Notes under the pieces: generated by a model
Told to the model about the DNA's origin: nothing
Seen by the model: the letters and a program-made list of their open reading frames with translations, nothing else
Database searches by the model: none
Shown: positions 1 to 8,420 of the stretch, piece by piece
Numbering within the stretch: the stretch's first letter is position 1
Layout of the letters: the number at the start of each line of letters is the position of its first letter
Virus record (IMG/VR): IMGVR_UViG_3300017716_001831
Coordinates: 1-33,812 of that record
DNA: 33,812 nucleotides
Strand: one strand, 5' to 3'
DNA from: a virus
Taxonomy: Duplodnaviria > Caudoviricetes
Translations under genes and position numbers: made by a program

Positions 1-46
1 GAAAAAAGGAAAAGCAGCGGGATACTCAAGCACCCACCCCTAAAAA

Positions 47-103
47 AATTCCACAGGTTCCTGTGGATAACTTTCGTGGGGTGGGCAGGTTATCTGTGTA
101 TAA
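47..103. promoter_or_regulatory. DnaA-box cluster (left end)
   Basis: TGTGGATAA at 62-70 (reverse complement of consensus TTATCCACA), TGTGTATAA at 95-103, and degenerate AATTCCACA at 47-55 forming an inverted pair with 62-70. Confidence 0.65.
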
Positions 104-125
104 CTATCTCACTCTTTGTGAGGTT

Positions 126-404
126 TCACCATTGCCTTGTGGCACCTGGTCGTTGTGGTTGCGCTCGGTTGTTGGAGCGTCGGCTGTTGCAGCCGTGGTG
201 TGCGAGCCGGAGGTTGGCACGGTCGTATGGTGCGCCGCCTTGGCTGATTGGGATGATGTGATCGACGCTGTGTGCCCATCGTGTTCTTGGTTGGATGGTG
301 TGGTCTACTGCTCGTCCGCATAGCCAGCAGTGTGTTTCTTCTGCGTAGACGGTGAGGCTTACCTGTTTCCACTGCCTTGTGCTGCGGCCTTTGGATGCCA
401 TCAC
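126..404 (-). CDS. HNH endonuclease (terminase-associated)
   Basis: CWLC...SVDHIIPISQGG...NLRLAHHGCNSRR HNH motif; lies next to terS if the window is circular. Confidence 0.9.
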   Translation of the reverse strand: MMASKGRSTRQWKQVSLTVYAEETHCWLCGRAVDHTIQPRTRWAHSVDHIIPISQGGAPYDRANLRLAHHGCNSRRSNNRAQPQRPGATRQW

Positions 405-477
405 TGTCCTGCTTCTAGGCTGGGTGTGGTGAGACTGCCCTTAGCGTTACATGTGGTGGTGGCGATCGTCAAGGTTG

Positions 478-1002
478 TCACCGGGTTTTATTTTCGTGGA
501 GTGCTTGGTTGATTTCTCGTGTGGTGATGCGTCGGCCTTGGCGTTGTCGGTCGACGAGTGTGGTTGGTGGTAGTTCGAGGGTGATGTTGTGTTGCATGTG
601 TATGCGGAGGATGAGCTCGTTGCATGTGCGGCATAGGGGGTTGTTCTTGGTTCGTGCGGTCCATGTGCCTACTCGTGCGCAACTCTTGCAGCCGTCATCG
701 TGTTGTGTGGTGGTGGCTTGGATGTGGATGGTTGTGCGTTTGGGTGGTCGTGCCCTGTTGAGGATGTCTTCTAGTTCGATGAGTAGGTTGATGGTTCGTT
801 CGTAGTCTTGGTCTGATCGTTCTGGTCCTTTGTCTGCTCGTGTGGTTGCGAGCCTGCCGGTGCGGTCACTGGTTGAGCTTGGTGTGCCGCCTGTGCCACC
901 GGCTGGGAAACCGCTGCGTTGTTCGATGAGTGCTTGTGCGCCTTGTTCGAGGATGCGTGTGATGGTTTGGGCTAGGGCTGTGAGTTGGTCTAGGTCTTTC
1001 AC
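478..1002 (-). CDS. hypothetical protein with C-terminal CxxC...CxxC zinc-binding motif
   Basis: GTG at 1002 with an AGGAG SD and GTGA overlap with the upstream stop; CKSC...CRTC motif. The longer ORF-track start overlaps the upstream gene. Confidence 0.6.
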   Translation of the reverse strand: MKDLDQLTALAQTITRILEQGAQALIEQRSGFPAGGTGGTPSSTSDRTGRLATTRADKGPERSDQDYERTINLLIELEDILNRARPPKRTTIHIQATTTQHDDGCKSCARVGTWTARTKNNPLCRTCNELILRIHMQHNITLELPPTTLVDRQRQGRRITTREINQALHENKTR

Positions 1003-1247
1003 TTGTTGCTCCTGTGGTGGTTGGCGATGATGGCTTGTGCTCCTGGTGTGAGTGGTGGCAGGGGCCCGCCGTGTAGGGCTGCGGTGAGTTGGTCGATGGC
1101 GATGATGAGTTGTGTGATGTCGATTGCTGTTGTGGTTGAGGTTGTTGGGTGTCTGGTTGTGGGTTGTGTTTGTTCCCAGTTGCGGTGGTGTTTGCGGTGT
1201 GCGTCGGTGAGGAGGTTGCCTGTGTATTGGCATTGACAGTTGGGCAT
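999..1247 (-). CDS. hypothetical protein
   Basis: ATG preceded by AAGGA; packs between the primase gene and the next gene with stop/start overlap. Confidence 0.6.
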   Translation of the reverse strand: MPNCQCQYTGNLLTDAHRKHHRNWEQTQPTTRHPTTSTTTAIDITQLIIAIDQLTAALHGGPLPPLTPGAQAIIANHHRSNK

Positions 1248-1259
1248 GGTTTGGTGTCC

Positions 1260-3332
1260 TTAGAACTCTTCGTATGTGGGTTGGTTTGGGTGTTCGGTTT
1301 GTGGGCTGTGAACTCTGTCCCCCTTACAGGGTGACAGAGTGTCCCGCTGTGCCTGCTCAATAGTGTCCCGCAGTGTCCCGTCCTCTGTCCCGCCTTTGTT
1401 TGTATGGGTTTCGGGTTCTGTCCCAGAGTGTCCCGCAGTCTGTCCCGCAGTTTTGTCCGAAGGCGTGTCCCGAGCTCTGTCCCGCCCTGTTTTTCGCAGC
1501 GAATACTGTGCCGATTTGCGGTATCTAACTGCCGCTTCAACGTCCTTCTTGAGGGTGCCTGTTGGCCCGTTTGTTTTGGTGTGTGCCCAGCATTCTCGGA
1601 TGGGTGCGTTGGCTGGGATTCCTTGTTCGTCTAGCCAGTCTGAGAGGTCGAAGATGTGTAGCTCGAACTGTTCGAGGTTGCCGCCTTGCATTGTGAACGT
1701 GGCTTCATCGTCGAGCTCGGCGATAGTGATGTCTGATCGCTCTGGGTACCAGGACATGCGCCTGTGTGTTGCTGTCCATGTGATGCCGGTTGGTGTGCGT
1801 GTGAGGTTGACCACTATGTCAACATCGTCGTTCTTTGCTGATGATCCTCTCTGGCCTCTGGTGGTGTCTTTGCCTGCGTGGTCGAGGCGTGCCCATGTGA
1901 TGCCCATGCGTTTGAGTTGCATGCCTGTGTGGCGGTAGAAGTCTTGGTATGTGCCTGCATCGTTTTCTTCGCCTTGTACTGAGCGGCCTGTGGTGTCGAT
2001 GATTACTATTTCTGCGCCGACTGCGTGGGCGGCTTGGCATAGTGCGATGCCGCCTTGTGATGTGTCGAGGGGTGCGATGACTGGTAGTTGTGCGTAGTGG
2101 AGGTGGTCGAAGATTGTGGACTCGTACCCGAACTCTGTTAGGCGGTCGTATAGGTCTGTTGGTGTCATCTCGTAGTCGACGTACAGAACGTGTTGTGGGT
2201 CTGTTTGGGGTTTGCGTAGGAATGGTTGGCCGGTTGCTAGGGCTGCGCATGCTGCGAGCGTGACGAAGCTTTTGCCTACTTTGGCTCCGGCGTAGATTGC
2301 GTGTGCCCTGCCTTTTGCGAAGAGGGGTTCGAGTAACCATTCTGTTTCTGTGTGGTCTGTGGTCCAGAAGGTTTGCCAGTCGATGAGGTATGGGGCAAGC
2401 GGGTTCGGATTTTCTGCGTCGGTGCTGGTGGTGAGGTGGTTGAGGATGTTTAGGTCTGGTTGTGGTGTTGTGAATCCTTGTGCTGCTAGTGCTCGTGCTG
2501 CTGCGGTGTGGTCGTGGTTGTGGTGTATGGCTGCGAGGTATCCGAGTTTTGTGTATGTTTCTTCTGCTCGGAGGTTGGGTACTGAGCTTGTGAATACGTG
2601 GAGGTTGTCGTTGGCTGTGTTGCCTGTGGTTGCGCTGATTCCGTCTCTGGGTTCTTTGCCGGGTCGTACCCAGTAGCGTTCGCCGTTGTTGTCGGTGTGT
2701 GAGAGTTGCCAGCCGTCGGGTATGAGGATGTATGCCCAGTCTGTCTGCTGTGCCCACAGGTCACCTGGACGATCAGTTGCGATGATGCTCGGGGTGGGTT
2801 GTGTGGTGGTGGTTTCTGGGTCTTTGTCGCAGATGAGGGCTAGGAGCCATTCGGGTGCTGCTGCGATTTCGGTGCATTGTTCGTCCCATTCGTAGGGGTT
2901 GCCGTTGGGGTGGATGGTTGGTGGTGCGACGATCTGCCCACCCTCACCCCTGACATCGATGCCTTGCATGAACCCTGATGCACTGTTGTGGATGGTGCGC
3001 CCATCTGCCGGCCACAAGTACACCTGGTGTTCACCGCCGCTGCCTGTGATCGATGTGAGCGTTGGTGGTAGCTCACCGTGTTCACGCTCGAGCTCGTACA
3101 GTGCGTCTCGGTCGTCGATGTCTAGAACCCAGATGCCTGATTGTTCTCCTGTTGCGATGCCTACACCGCAGCCTGATTGCTCACCGTTCCACCAATGATT
3201 GATCTGTTCGACGCTGGTTGAGGCTTGGTGTTGCCATTGGTTGACTGCTGGTCGTTTCTCTCCTGGCAGTATGGGTATTACCCGCCAGCCTCGGTGTGCG
3301 TACTGGAGTGCTGTCTTGTGCGGGTCATTCAT
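1260..3332 (-). CDS. bifunctional primase/polymerase (Prim-Pol) fused to a RecA-like (AAA_25) helicase/ATPase
   Basis: N-term GWRVIP...GVGIATG..IWVLDID...TGSGGEH...GIDVRGEGGQIVAPP; Walker A AGAKVGKS, Walker B VIIDT, RGSSA motif. Confidence 0.9.
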   Translation of the reverse strand: MNDPHKTALQYAHRGWRVIPILPGEKRPAVNQWQHQASTSVEQINHWWNGEQSGCGVGIATGEQSGIWVLDIDDRDALYELEREHGELPPTLTSITGSGGEHQVYLWPADGRTIHNSASGFMQGIDVRGEGGQIVAPPTIHPNGNPYEWDEQCTEIAAAPEWLLALICDKDPETTTTQPTPSIIATDRPGDLWAQQTDWAYILIPDGWQLSHTDNNGERYWVRPGKEPRDGISATTGNTANDNLHVFTSSVPNLRAEETYTKLGYLAAIHHNHDHTAAARALAAQGFTTPQPDLNILNHLTTSTDAENPNPLAPYLIDWQTFWTTDHTETEWLLEPLFAKGRAHAIYAGAKVGKSFVTLAACAALATGQPFLRKPQTDPQHVLYVDYEMTPTDLYDRLTEFGYESTIFDHLHYAQLPVIAPLDTSQGGIALCQAAHAVGAEIVIIDTTGRSVQGEENDAGTYQDFYRHTGMQLKRMGITWARLDHAGKDTTRGQRGSSAKNDDVDIVVNLTRTPTGITWTATHRRMSWYPERSDITIAELDDEATFTMQGGNLEQFELHIFDLSDWLDEQGIPANAPIRECWAHTKTNGPTGTLKKDVEAAVRYRKSAQYSLRKTGRDRARDTPSDKTAGQTAGHSGTEPETHTNKGGTEDGTLRDTIEQAQRDTLSPCKGDRVHSPQTEHPNQPTYEEF
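1312..1483. repeat. iteron-like TGTCCC repeats plus an imperfect hairpin in the 3' end of the primase-helicase gene
   Basis: TGTCCC at 1316, 1340, 1364, 1374, 1386, 1419, 1429, 1441, 1466 and 1478 (TGTCCG at 1454); inverted repeat ACTCTGTC...GACAGAGT at 1312-1340. Confidence 0.75.
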
Positions 3333-4755
3333 TGATGTTTCCTGTGAGCGGTGCAGGGTATTCGTCGGGTAGTTGCATGCCTGGTATTGTGAGCAGGTTG
3401 GGTTTGAGGTGGACTTTGCAGCCTGCTTTGCGTGCTTGTGCGACTATCGATGCGACCCATTCAAAGTGTGGTGAGAATGCTGGTATGCCGTTCGCTGTTG
3501 TTTGTGCGCCGATAACTACCCAGTCGAAGTCATCGAGTACACCGTCTGCGAACACGATTGGTTCTAGTAGGGGTTCGATGCTTAGCCATCTGACTTCTGC
3601 TGTTACGTGTTGCATTGAGTGGGCGATGATGTCTGCTCGTCGTTGTGTGTCTACTGATGCGCCGACGCAGGATTGTGGTGGGAATGTGAGCCCTTTGTAT
3701 CTGCTGGGGAACTTGGTAAGGAATATGTATCGCCATTGTGGGTTGTTGTTGCACGCTTCAAACACTTCTTCGATCCAGTGGTCTGGTACCCATTTGCCGA
3801 ACAGGTCGGCCATTGAGCAGACGAACACTGATCGTGATGCTTGTGTGGTTTGTTTGGGTGTTGGTGTGTTGCTTGGTGCTGTAAGGCGTTCGGGCCTGTA
3901 TACGGGCTCGAATCCTGTTGGGAATGCTTGTTTGGTTCGGTCTGATGTGGCGATGGCTCGTGCGTAGCAGTAGTCGCAGCCGTGGTCGCAGCCGGTTACT
4001 GGGTTCCATGACCAGTCTGCCCATGAGATCCCATCGCCTGTTGATTTGTTGAACACAGGTTTTTTGGATGCTTGGTGTTGCAGTGTTGTGCCGTCGGCTT
4101 TGTAGAGGGTTGTAAGTGTGACGGGTGTGCCTTCTGCTGGTGTATCTGGTTTTGGTTCTGGTGCTGGCTTGTCTGCTAGGCGTTGTTTGACTTGTTTCTC
4201 TGCTGCGTCGAGGGCGAGGTCACCGTTGGTGACTTGTTCTGCTAGGTCTGGTGCGTTGTCTTTGATGCGTTTGGCTGTGCCTACTGATCGGCCTGATGCG
4301 CCTGCGACTGCTGCAGCATGATCACGCGCTAGTGGCTCACGGTATTTAACTTGTGGCGGATCCGCCACAAGTTCTTTTGTGCCTGCTGGTCTGCCTACTG
4401 CTTGCCGTTGTGCGGCTTCGATTTCGTAATGCTCGAGGATGTTCGCTGCGAGCATTGCCCGCTGGCCAGCAGTCATATCCCTGCGCAGATCGTTAGCTCG
4501 AACGATTGCCTCTACAAGGTCAGCATTCTTCGGTAGACGTTTCCACGATGGGTATATGCCAGCTTCTTTGCATGCTGCTAAACGGTTGCGACCGTCAACG
4601 ATGATGAGTCCTGTGTGGTCGGTCAGTATCGGTTCCCGTAGACCGTTGTCTCGTATGTCAGCGACAAGGGCTGCGAACCTTTCCTCGTTAAACATCGGAT
4701 ATAGGTCTGCGAGCCAGTGCACGGTTGGTTCTTCAAGCTGTGATTCGGTCATCAT
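3325..4755 (-). CDS. ParB/Srx-like N-terminal domain + HTH fused to a DUF5131 (Gp37/Gp68) radical-SAM-like domain
   Basis: LVADIRDNGLREPI...IVDGRNRL (ParB-N); WSWNPVTGCDHGCDYCYA, VFVCSMADLF, FLTK, WLSIEPLL and DWVVIG (DUF5131 motifs). Confidence 0.85.
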   Translation of the reverse strand: MMTESQLEEPTVHWLADLYPMFNEERFAALVADIRDNGLREPILTDHTGLIIVDGRNRLAACKEAGIYPSWKRLPKNADLVEAIVRANDLRRDMTAGQRAMLAANILEHYEIEAAQRQAVGRPAGTKELVADPPQVKYREPLARDHAAAVAGASGRSVGTAKRIKDNAPDLAEQVTNGDLALDAAEKQVKQRLADKPAPEPKPDTPAEGTPVTLTTLYKADGTTLQHQASKKPVFNKSTGDGISWADWSWNPVTGCDHGCDYCYARAIATSDRTKQAFPTGFEPVYRPERLTAPSNTPTPKQTTQASRSVFVCSMADLFGKWVPDHWIEEVFEACNNNPQWRYIFLTKFPSRYKGLTFPPQSCVGASVDTQRRADIIAHSMQHVTAEVRWLSIEPLLEPIVFADGVLDDFDWVVIGAQTTANGIPAFSPHFEWVASIVAQARKAGCKVHLKPNLLTIPGMQLPDEYPAPLTGNINE

Positions 4756-5807
4756 TTCACCCCGTAATTGTCGTGTAGCTGTGCGTAAATTTGTTTCATG
4801 TTGAGGTGGTCGGATTGTTCTGTAAGTTCGTCAACGGTAAAGACCAGGTACTCGATCAGTTCGATGAACCCCTCGTTAGTCTTTGGCATTAGCAGGTCAT
4901 AGTGTTTTAGCTGCCCGGAATCTGATGCTTTCCGATACTCCTTTTCGATCCTCTTCACGGTTTCTTCGTAAAAGCGTTCTGCTGTGTTGATCAGGTATCC
5001 CCATCGTGAGTCATCTTTGCCGAACGCAAACATGATTGGAATGTGATGCTCTGGCCTGCCGTTAATCGTCTTTACGATCTTGTCGTACCATCCTGCTCGT
5101 TGCTCGTAAGGCAATCGTTTAAGACCATTCGGGTTACATCCAAGCGTTGAGTACTGCGTTACTCGTACATGTTTGTCAGCAAGTTTTTTGTACTGTGCTG
5201 CGTCGAGCGCAAAATCGTTGACGTTGTTTGGGTCGTTGTTAATAAACGCAAAGTCTTTTGACCGTAACGGGTAGCTCAGCAGATCAACTGTCCTGGCATC
5301 GTCGTTCAAAGTTTCGATATACAACTCTGTTTGAGTTGTCCTGTTTACAAACTTCCATGATCGACCAGTGTCCGTCGTGCCACGCCTTGTCTCGTATGAG
5401 TGGCCTGCTGAATTGACGTACAGGTTTATGTGATCCTCTAAATTACTTTCGAGTCGTTCGTGTGTCTGTCCGTGCCGTTCAATGAAGAACAGGTTGAGAT
5501 CGAACTGTTTTGCTTTTTTAAGGATGAATGCAGCGTGTTTGATGAAGATTTCAGGTGATGACGCAATGCCGCCATCACGATCTGGCCCACCATCACCTGC
5601 GCACAAGTCGACCCACATAGCCCTGCTGCCAGCGTGTCTATCTAGAGCGCATACGCCTGCTTCTGCGCCGACCATAGCGTTTAGGATCGCATGTTTCATT
5701 GGTGTTCTGTCTGATGCGCCAACGAGTGTCGGTACTCTCGGTTTGGCTTTGATTGGTACTGATGGTTGTTCTTCTGGTTCGTCTTGGTTGAACAGGTCTG
5801 CTTGCAT
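4752..5807 (-). CDS. tcmP: three-Cys-motif partner protein (TcmP)-like, SAM-methyltransferase fold
   Basis: TxxKHAIL...WVDLCAGDG...SSP...FFIE...NDP pattern; directly upstream of and overlapping the DUF5131 gene, its usual partner. Confidence 0.65.
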   Translation of the reverse strand: MQADLFNQDEPEEQPSVPIKAKPRVPTLVGASDRTPMKHAILNAMVGAEAGVCALDRHAGSRAMWVDLCAGDGGPDRDGGIASSPEIFIKHAAFILKKAKQFDLNLFFIERHGQTHERLESNLEDHINLYVNSAGHSYETRRGTTDTGRSWKFVNRTTQTELYIETLNDDARTVDLLSYPLRSKDFAFINNDPNNVNDFALDAAQYKKLADKHVRVTQYSTLGCNPNGLKRLPYEQRAGWYDKIVKTINGRPEHHIPIMFAFGKDDSRWGYLINTAERFYEETVKRIEKEYRKASDSGQLKHYDLLMPKTNEGFIELIEYLVFTVDELTEQSDHLNMKQIYAQLHDNYGVK

Positions 5808-5816
5808 GTTTGTCCT

Positions 5817-6248
5817 TTACTGCTGGTTGAAGTGGTAGGTGTCTGGTTCGGGTTGGGTGTTGGAGGTGTGTGTGATGATGCCGCCTTGTGCGAGGCGTGT
5901 GAGTGCGTTGCGTGTGGCGTGCCTTGTGAAGTGCGGATGTAAGGCTAGGTATACCTGGTTGACTGTCATGGGTTCGCCAACGTGTTCGAGTAGGGCTGCG
6001 ATGCGTTCTGTGCTCATCGGTGCAGCTGTTGATGATCTTCCGTATCCCCTTTCTGCTGGTGTGAGCCCGCCCCACATGCCGAACACCTCATGTTGCCCGT
6101 CTTGGAGGCATGGTTGTTTGACGGGGCATTGTGCGCAGATGTTGCGGGCCTGATCCCATACGTGCCCGTGGTTGTTGCTGCGTTCTGGGAACCACAGTTC
6201 TTTCGGATAATAACGGCACGCTGCGATGTCCCATTCATCAGGGCTCAT
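5817..6248 (-). CDS. whiB: WhiB-family Fe-S transcription factor with C-terminal winged-helix-like extension
   Basis: AAC...WFPE...ICAQCPVKQPC...GMWGGLTPAER; probable ATG at 6248; C-term IAALLE..EPMTVNQVY...TRNALTRLAQGGII. Confidence 0.85.
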   Translation of the reverse strand: MSPDEWDIAACRYYPKELWFPERSNNHGHVWDQARNICAQCPVKQPCLQDGQHEVFGMWGGLTPAERGYGRSSTAAPMSTERIAALLEHVGEPMTVNQVYLALHPHFTRHATRNALTRLAQGGIITHTSNTQPEPDTYHFNQQ

Positions 6249-6390
6249 CGGTTGTGGTTGACTCTCTGCATTGTGGGCAGTGTTCTGGGCACCACCAGCG
6301 GATGCCACGCACATCAGCTGTGTCGTGATCGATGCCAGGTGTTACCTGTTTGCCGCACTGGTGGCAGTGCTCAAGCTTTTGATCTGTCAT
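6238..6390 (-). CDS. small Cys-rich (zinc-ribbon-like) protein, 50 aa
   Basis: Translated by hand, below the ORF-track cutoff: MTDQKLEHCHQCGKQ...WWCPEHCPQCRE...; ATGA overlap with the upstream whiB stop. Confidence 0.6.
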   Translation of the reverse strand: MTDQKLEHCHQCGKQVTPGIDHDTADVRGIRWWCPEHCPQCRESTTTDEP

Positions 6391-6818
6391 GCGACTCCTT
6401 CGGGGTGTCGGGTGTTGTGCCGTCTGAGCGAGTCGGGTGTTATGTCAAGGTCGTGCGCTGCGATCTCTAAGGGTTCGGTCGCAATGATGTGATCTCGTAG
6501 TTGGAGGAGGTCGAGGTTTTTTTTGATCATGTGGCCTTTGGTGCGTTGTGCTGTGGTTTGCCCGCCGACAATCCCACCGGAATACCTGCCGAGGGCTTGT
6601 AGGCATTCGGCTTGTACTGGGCATTGTGCGCACACTGCTTGCGCTTGCCGTTGTTTCCTGTGCCCGTTGTACCCTGCTTCTGGGTAGAACAGGTTTGTGT
6701 CCATGCCACGGCACGCAGCGTGTTTACGCCAGTGGGCCTGTGCGTTGCAGTCCTCGACGATGATGGTGAGGTGGTCGATCATCTCAGCCCGCACAGGCAA
6801 CTTCATTAGGTCACTCAC
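6387..6818 (-). CDS. whiB: WhiB-family transcription factor with possible C-terminal HTH
   Basis: WRKHAACRGMDTNLFYPE...VCAQCPVQAEC...GIVGGQTTAQR; C-term EIAAHDLDITPDSLRR. Confidence 0.85.
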   Translation of the reverse strand: MSDLMKLPVRAEMIDHLTIIVEDCNAQAHWRKHAACRGMDTNLFYPEAGYNGHRKQRQAQAVCAQCPVQAECLQALGRYSGGIVGGQTTAQRTKGHMIKKNLDLLQLRDHIIATEPLEIAAHDLDITPDSLRRHNTRHPEGVA

Positions 6819-7125
6819 CTAACAGCAGTTGCTCTGAGAAGTACGTTTCGGCCGCAGCGATTTCTGCTTCGAGCAGGTCCGCTGCAGTCGTGAGTGCTTG
6901 TGCGATGTCTCGGATTGCTTGGCATTTTTGCAGCTTGGTGCCGGTCCCCTCGAGGAAGAACACCGCTTTGCCGATACTGAAACTCATATGGCCTACGTCA
7001 TCGCCACGCACCCTGACATCAACCATCTTTGCGTTGGTGTGGTGAAAGTCGATCTCTTCTACCTCCTGGTACACGGTTGCTTTGATTGCTCGCATGGTGC
7101 GTGCTGATGATTCTTTAGTGCTCAT
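6811..7125 (-). CDS. hypothetical protein (paralogue of 9773-10051)
   Basis: ATG at 7125 in TGATG overlap; shares FH..N.KMV...H..F..G.A.FFLEG with 9773-10051. Confidence 0.7.
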   Translation of the reverse strand: MSTKESSARTMRAIKATVYQEVEEIDFHHTNAKMVDVRVRGDDVGHMSFSIGKAVFFLEGTGTKLQKCQAIRDIAQALTTAADLLEAEIAAAETYFSEQLLLGE

Positions 7126-7466
7126 CAGATTGCCATCTGTTGTTGCGGTGGCCTGTAAGCCTCGATAGCTTCTGCGAGCTCCTCGTGTGTGAGCTCGATG
7201 CTGCGCACAACGTAGGCTTTGATCTCTGGGTATCGTTGCCCGTTTCGAGGGTTGAAACTGCATTCCTTGATGCGTAAGGCGATCAGACCCCAGTCGAGTA
7301 CTAGGTCGTGCCCGTAGTCGATGCCACTGCAGAATGGTCTGATCGTCTTGTTCTTAACGCCCATCTCATGTGACCATTCTGCGATGTCGGTTGCGGGTGC
7401 CATCTCTGACAGCATGCGCAGTGTGAGCATCAGTAGTTCAGGTTGTTCTTCTCCTAAGTGCATCAT
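7125..7466 (-). CDS. hypothetical protein
   Basis: ATG at 7466 after a GGGGAGG SD; contiguous gene packing. Confidence 0.65.
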   Translation of the reverse strand: MMHLGEEQPELLMLTLRMLSEMAPATDIAEWSHEMGVKNKTIRPFCSGIDYGHDLVLDWGLIALRIKECSFNPRNGQRYPEIKAYVVRSIELTHEELAEAIEAYRPPQQQMAI

Positions 7467-7887
7467 TTTCCTCCCCTGTTGCACGCACGAGCGTGCAGAC
7501 GTTTGCGAATGTGGTTTCTACCCATAGTTCTTTTAACCGTGGGCATGGGAACGGGAGCAGTCCTTTGCCGCCGATCCAGATGTAATCACGTTGTGGCATC
7601 TGTGCGGGCCATTGGCCTACATCGGGTGTGCCTCTTGTGCGTCGGGTTACGACGATCAGGTCTCCTGGTCGAGCCTGCTCAACTGCTTGCTCACGCCATG
7701 ATGGCCACGAGCTCGATGTGCGGTCTTTGATTTCGATGCTGATGCCCGCCCAGCATTCGATGTCTGAGTGTTGGTGCCCGTCGCCAGCAAGAACCCGCCG
7801 AGCGTGTAACCACCCCTCCGCCTTGAGGTAGTTCACCACTGCACGCTCGGCGTTTGCCCCACGGTTCCTGCTGGCGGCACCAGACAT
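7438..7887 (-). CDS. Holliday junction resolvase (Hjc-like PD-(D/E)xK)
   Basis: SRNRGANAERAVVNYL...GW..ARR...DI...IEIK pattern; ATG at 7887. Confidence 0.8.
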   Translation of the reverse strand: MSGAASRNRGANAERAVVNYLKAEGWLHARRVLAGDGHQHSDIECWAGISIEIKDRTSSSWPSWREQAVEQARPGDLIVVTRRTRGTPDVGQWPAQMPQRDYIWIGGKGLLPFPCPRLKELWVETTFANVCTLVRATGEENDALRRRTT

Positions 7888-7888
7888 A

Positions 7889-8317
7889 TCAGAACTCGTC
7901 GATGTCAATGATGGGTTTGCCGGGTGTCCACCTTGCCACATAGGTGGCCTGACGCATCTTGTCTACAGGATCAGCCGACACTGCGATCTTGAGTGTGTCG
8001 CCCTCTTTGGCTGGCTCACCACACGCTTTGATCGCTGCGGAGATCGCAGACTGCATGGCCTCGTTGCATGGCATTTTGCGTGTCCCGTCATCCTCGGGCC
8101 CTTCACGCTCAGCCAACGGCACCGACAGTGTTAGCAACCATTCTGTGCGAGGCGTGTCAGTACCACGCTTCATGACTACGTTGTTTTCCATGTCTGTGCG
8201 TGGCCGTGACTCAAATGCCACTAGTGTGCCCTCGAAACTGCCGTCCTCTTTGGTTCGCAGCTTCACCCACTTACCACCACTGGTGGTCGCTGCTCTGTTT
8301 AGTTCGTTTAGATCCAT
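7889..8317 (-). CDS. putative single-stranded DNA-binding protein
   Basis: KWVKL...FEGTLV beta-rich pattern with acidic C-terminus IDIDEF; lies between exonuclease and resolvase. Confidence 0.6.
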   Translation of the reverse strand: MDLNELNRAATTSGGKWVKLRTKEDGSFEGTLVAFESRPRTDMENNVVMKRGTDTPRTEWLLTLSVPLAEREGPEDDGTRKMPCNEAMQSAISAAIKACGEPAKEGDTLKIAVSADPVDKMRQATYVARWTPGKPIIDIDEF

Positions 8318-8420
8318 TGTCTTTGCCTGCTTTCGTGTTGTTGTGTTGTTGTGTTGTGTGCTGGTCGCAACTACTAATTTGCTACTGGTTGGTGGCGGTT
8401 TAGTAGTTGTGGCCTGCCCG

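Noticed and set aside
440-476. Possible sigma-70-type promoter for HNH/late genes (TTGACG-17 bp-TAACGC on minus strand)
   Set aside because: The -10 element lacks the conserved final T, so it cannot be supported without TSS data.
1819-2757. 312-aa alternative-frame ORF rich in Arg/His/Thr/Pro
   Set aside because: Lies inside the primase-helicase gene; its composition reflects the A/C-rich coding strand lacking stops in that frame.
3325-4755. ParB as evidence of a plasmid-prophage partition system
   Set aside because: No ParA ATPase was found, and the ParB domain is the enzyme-fused type.
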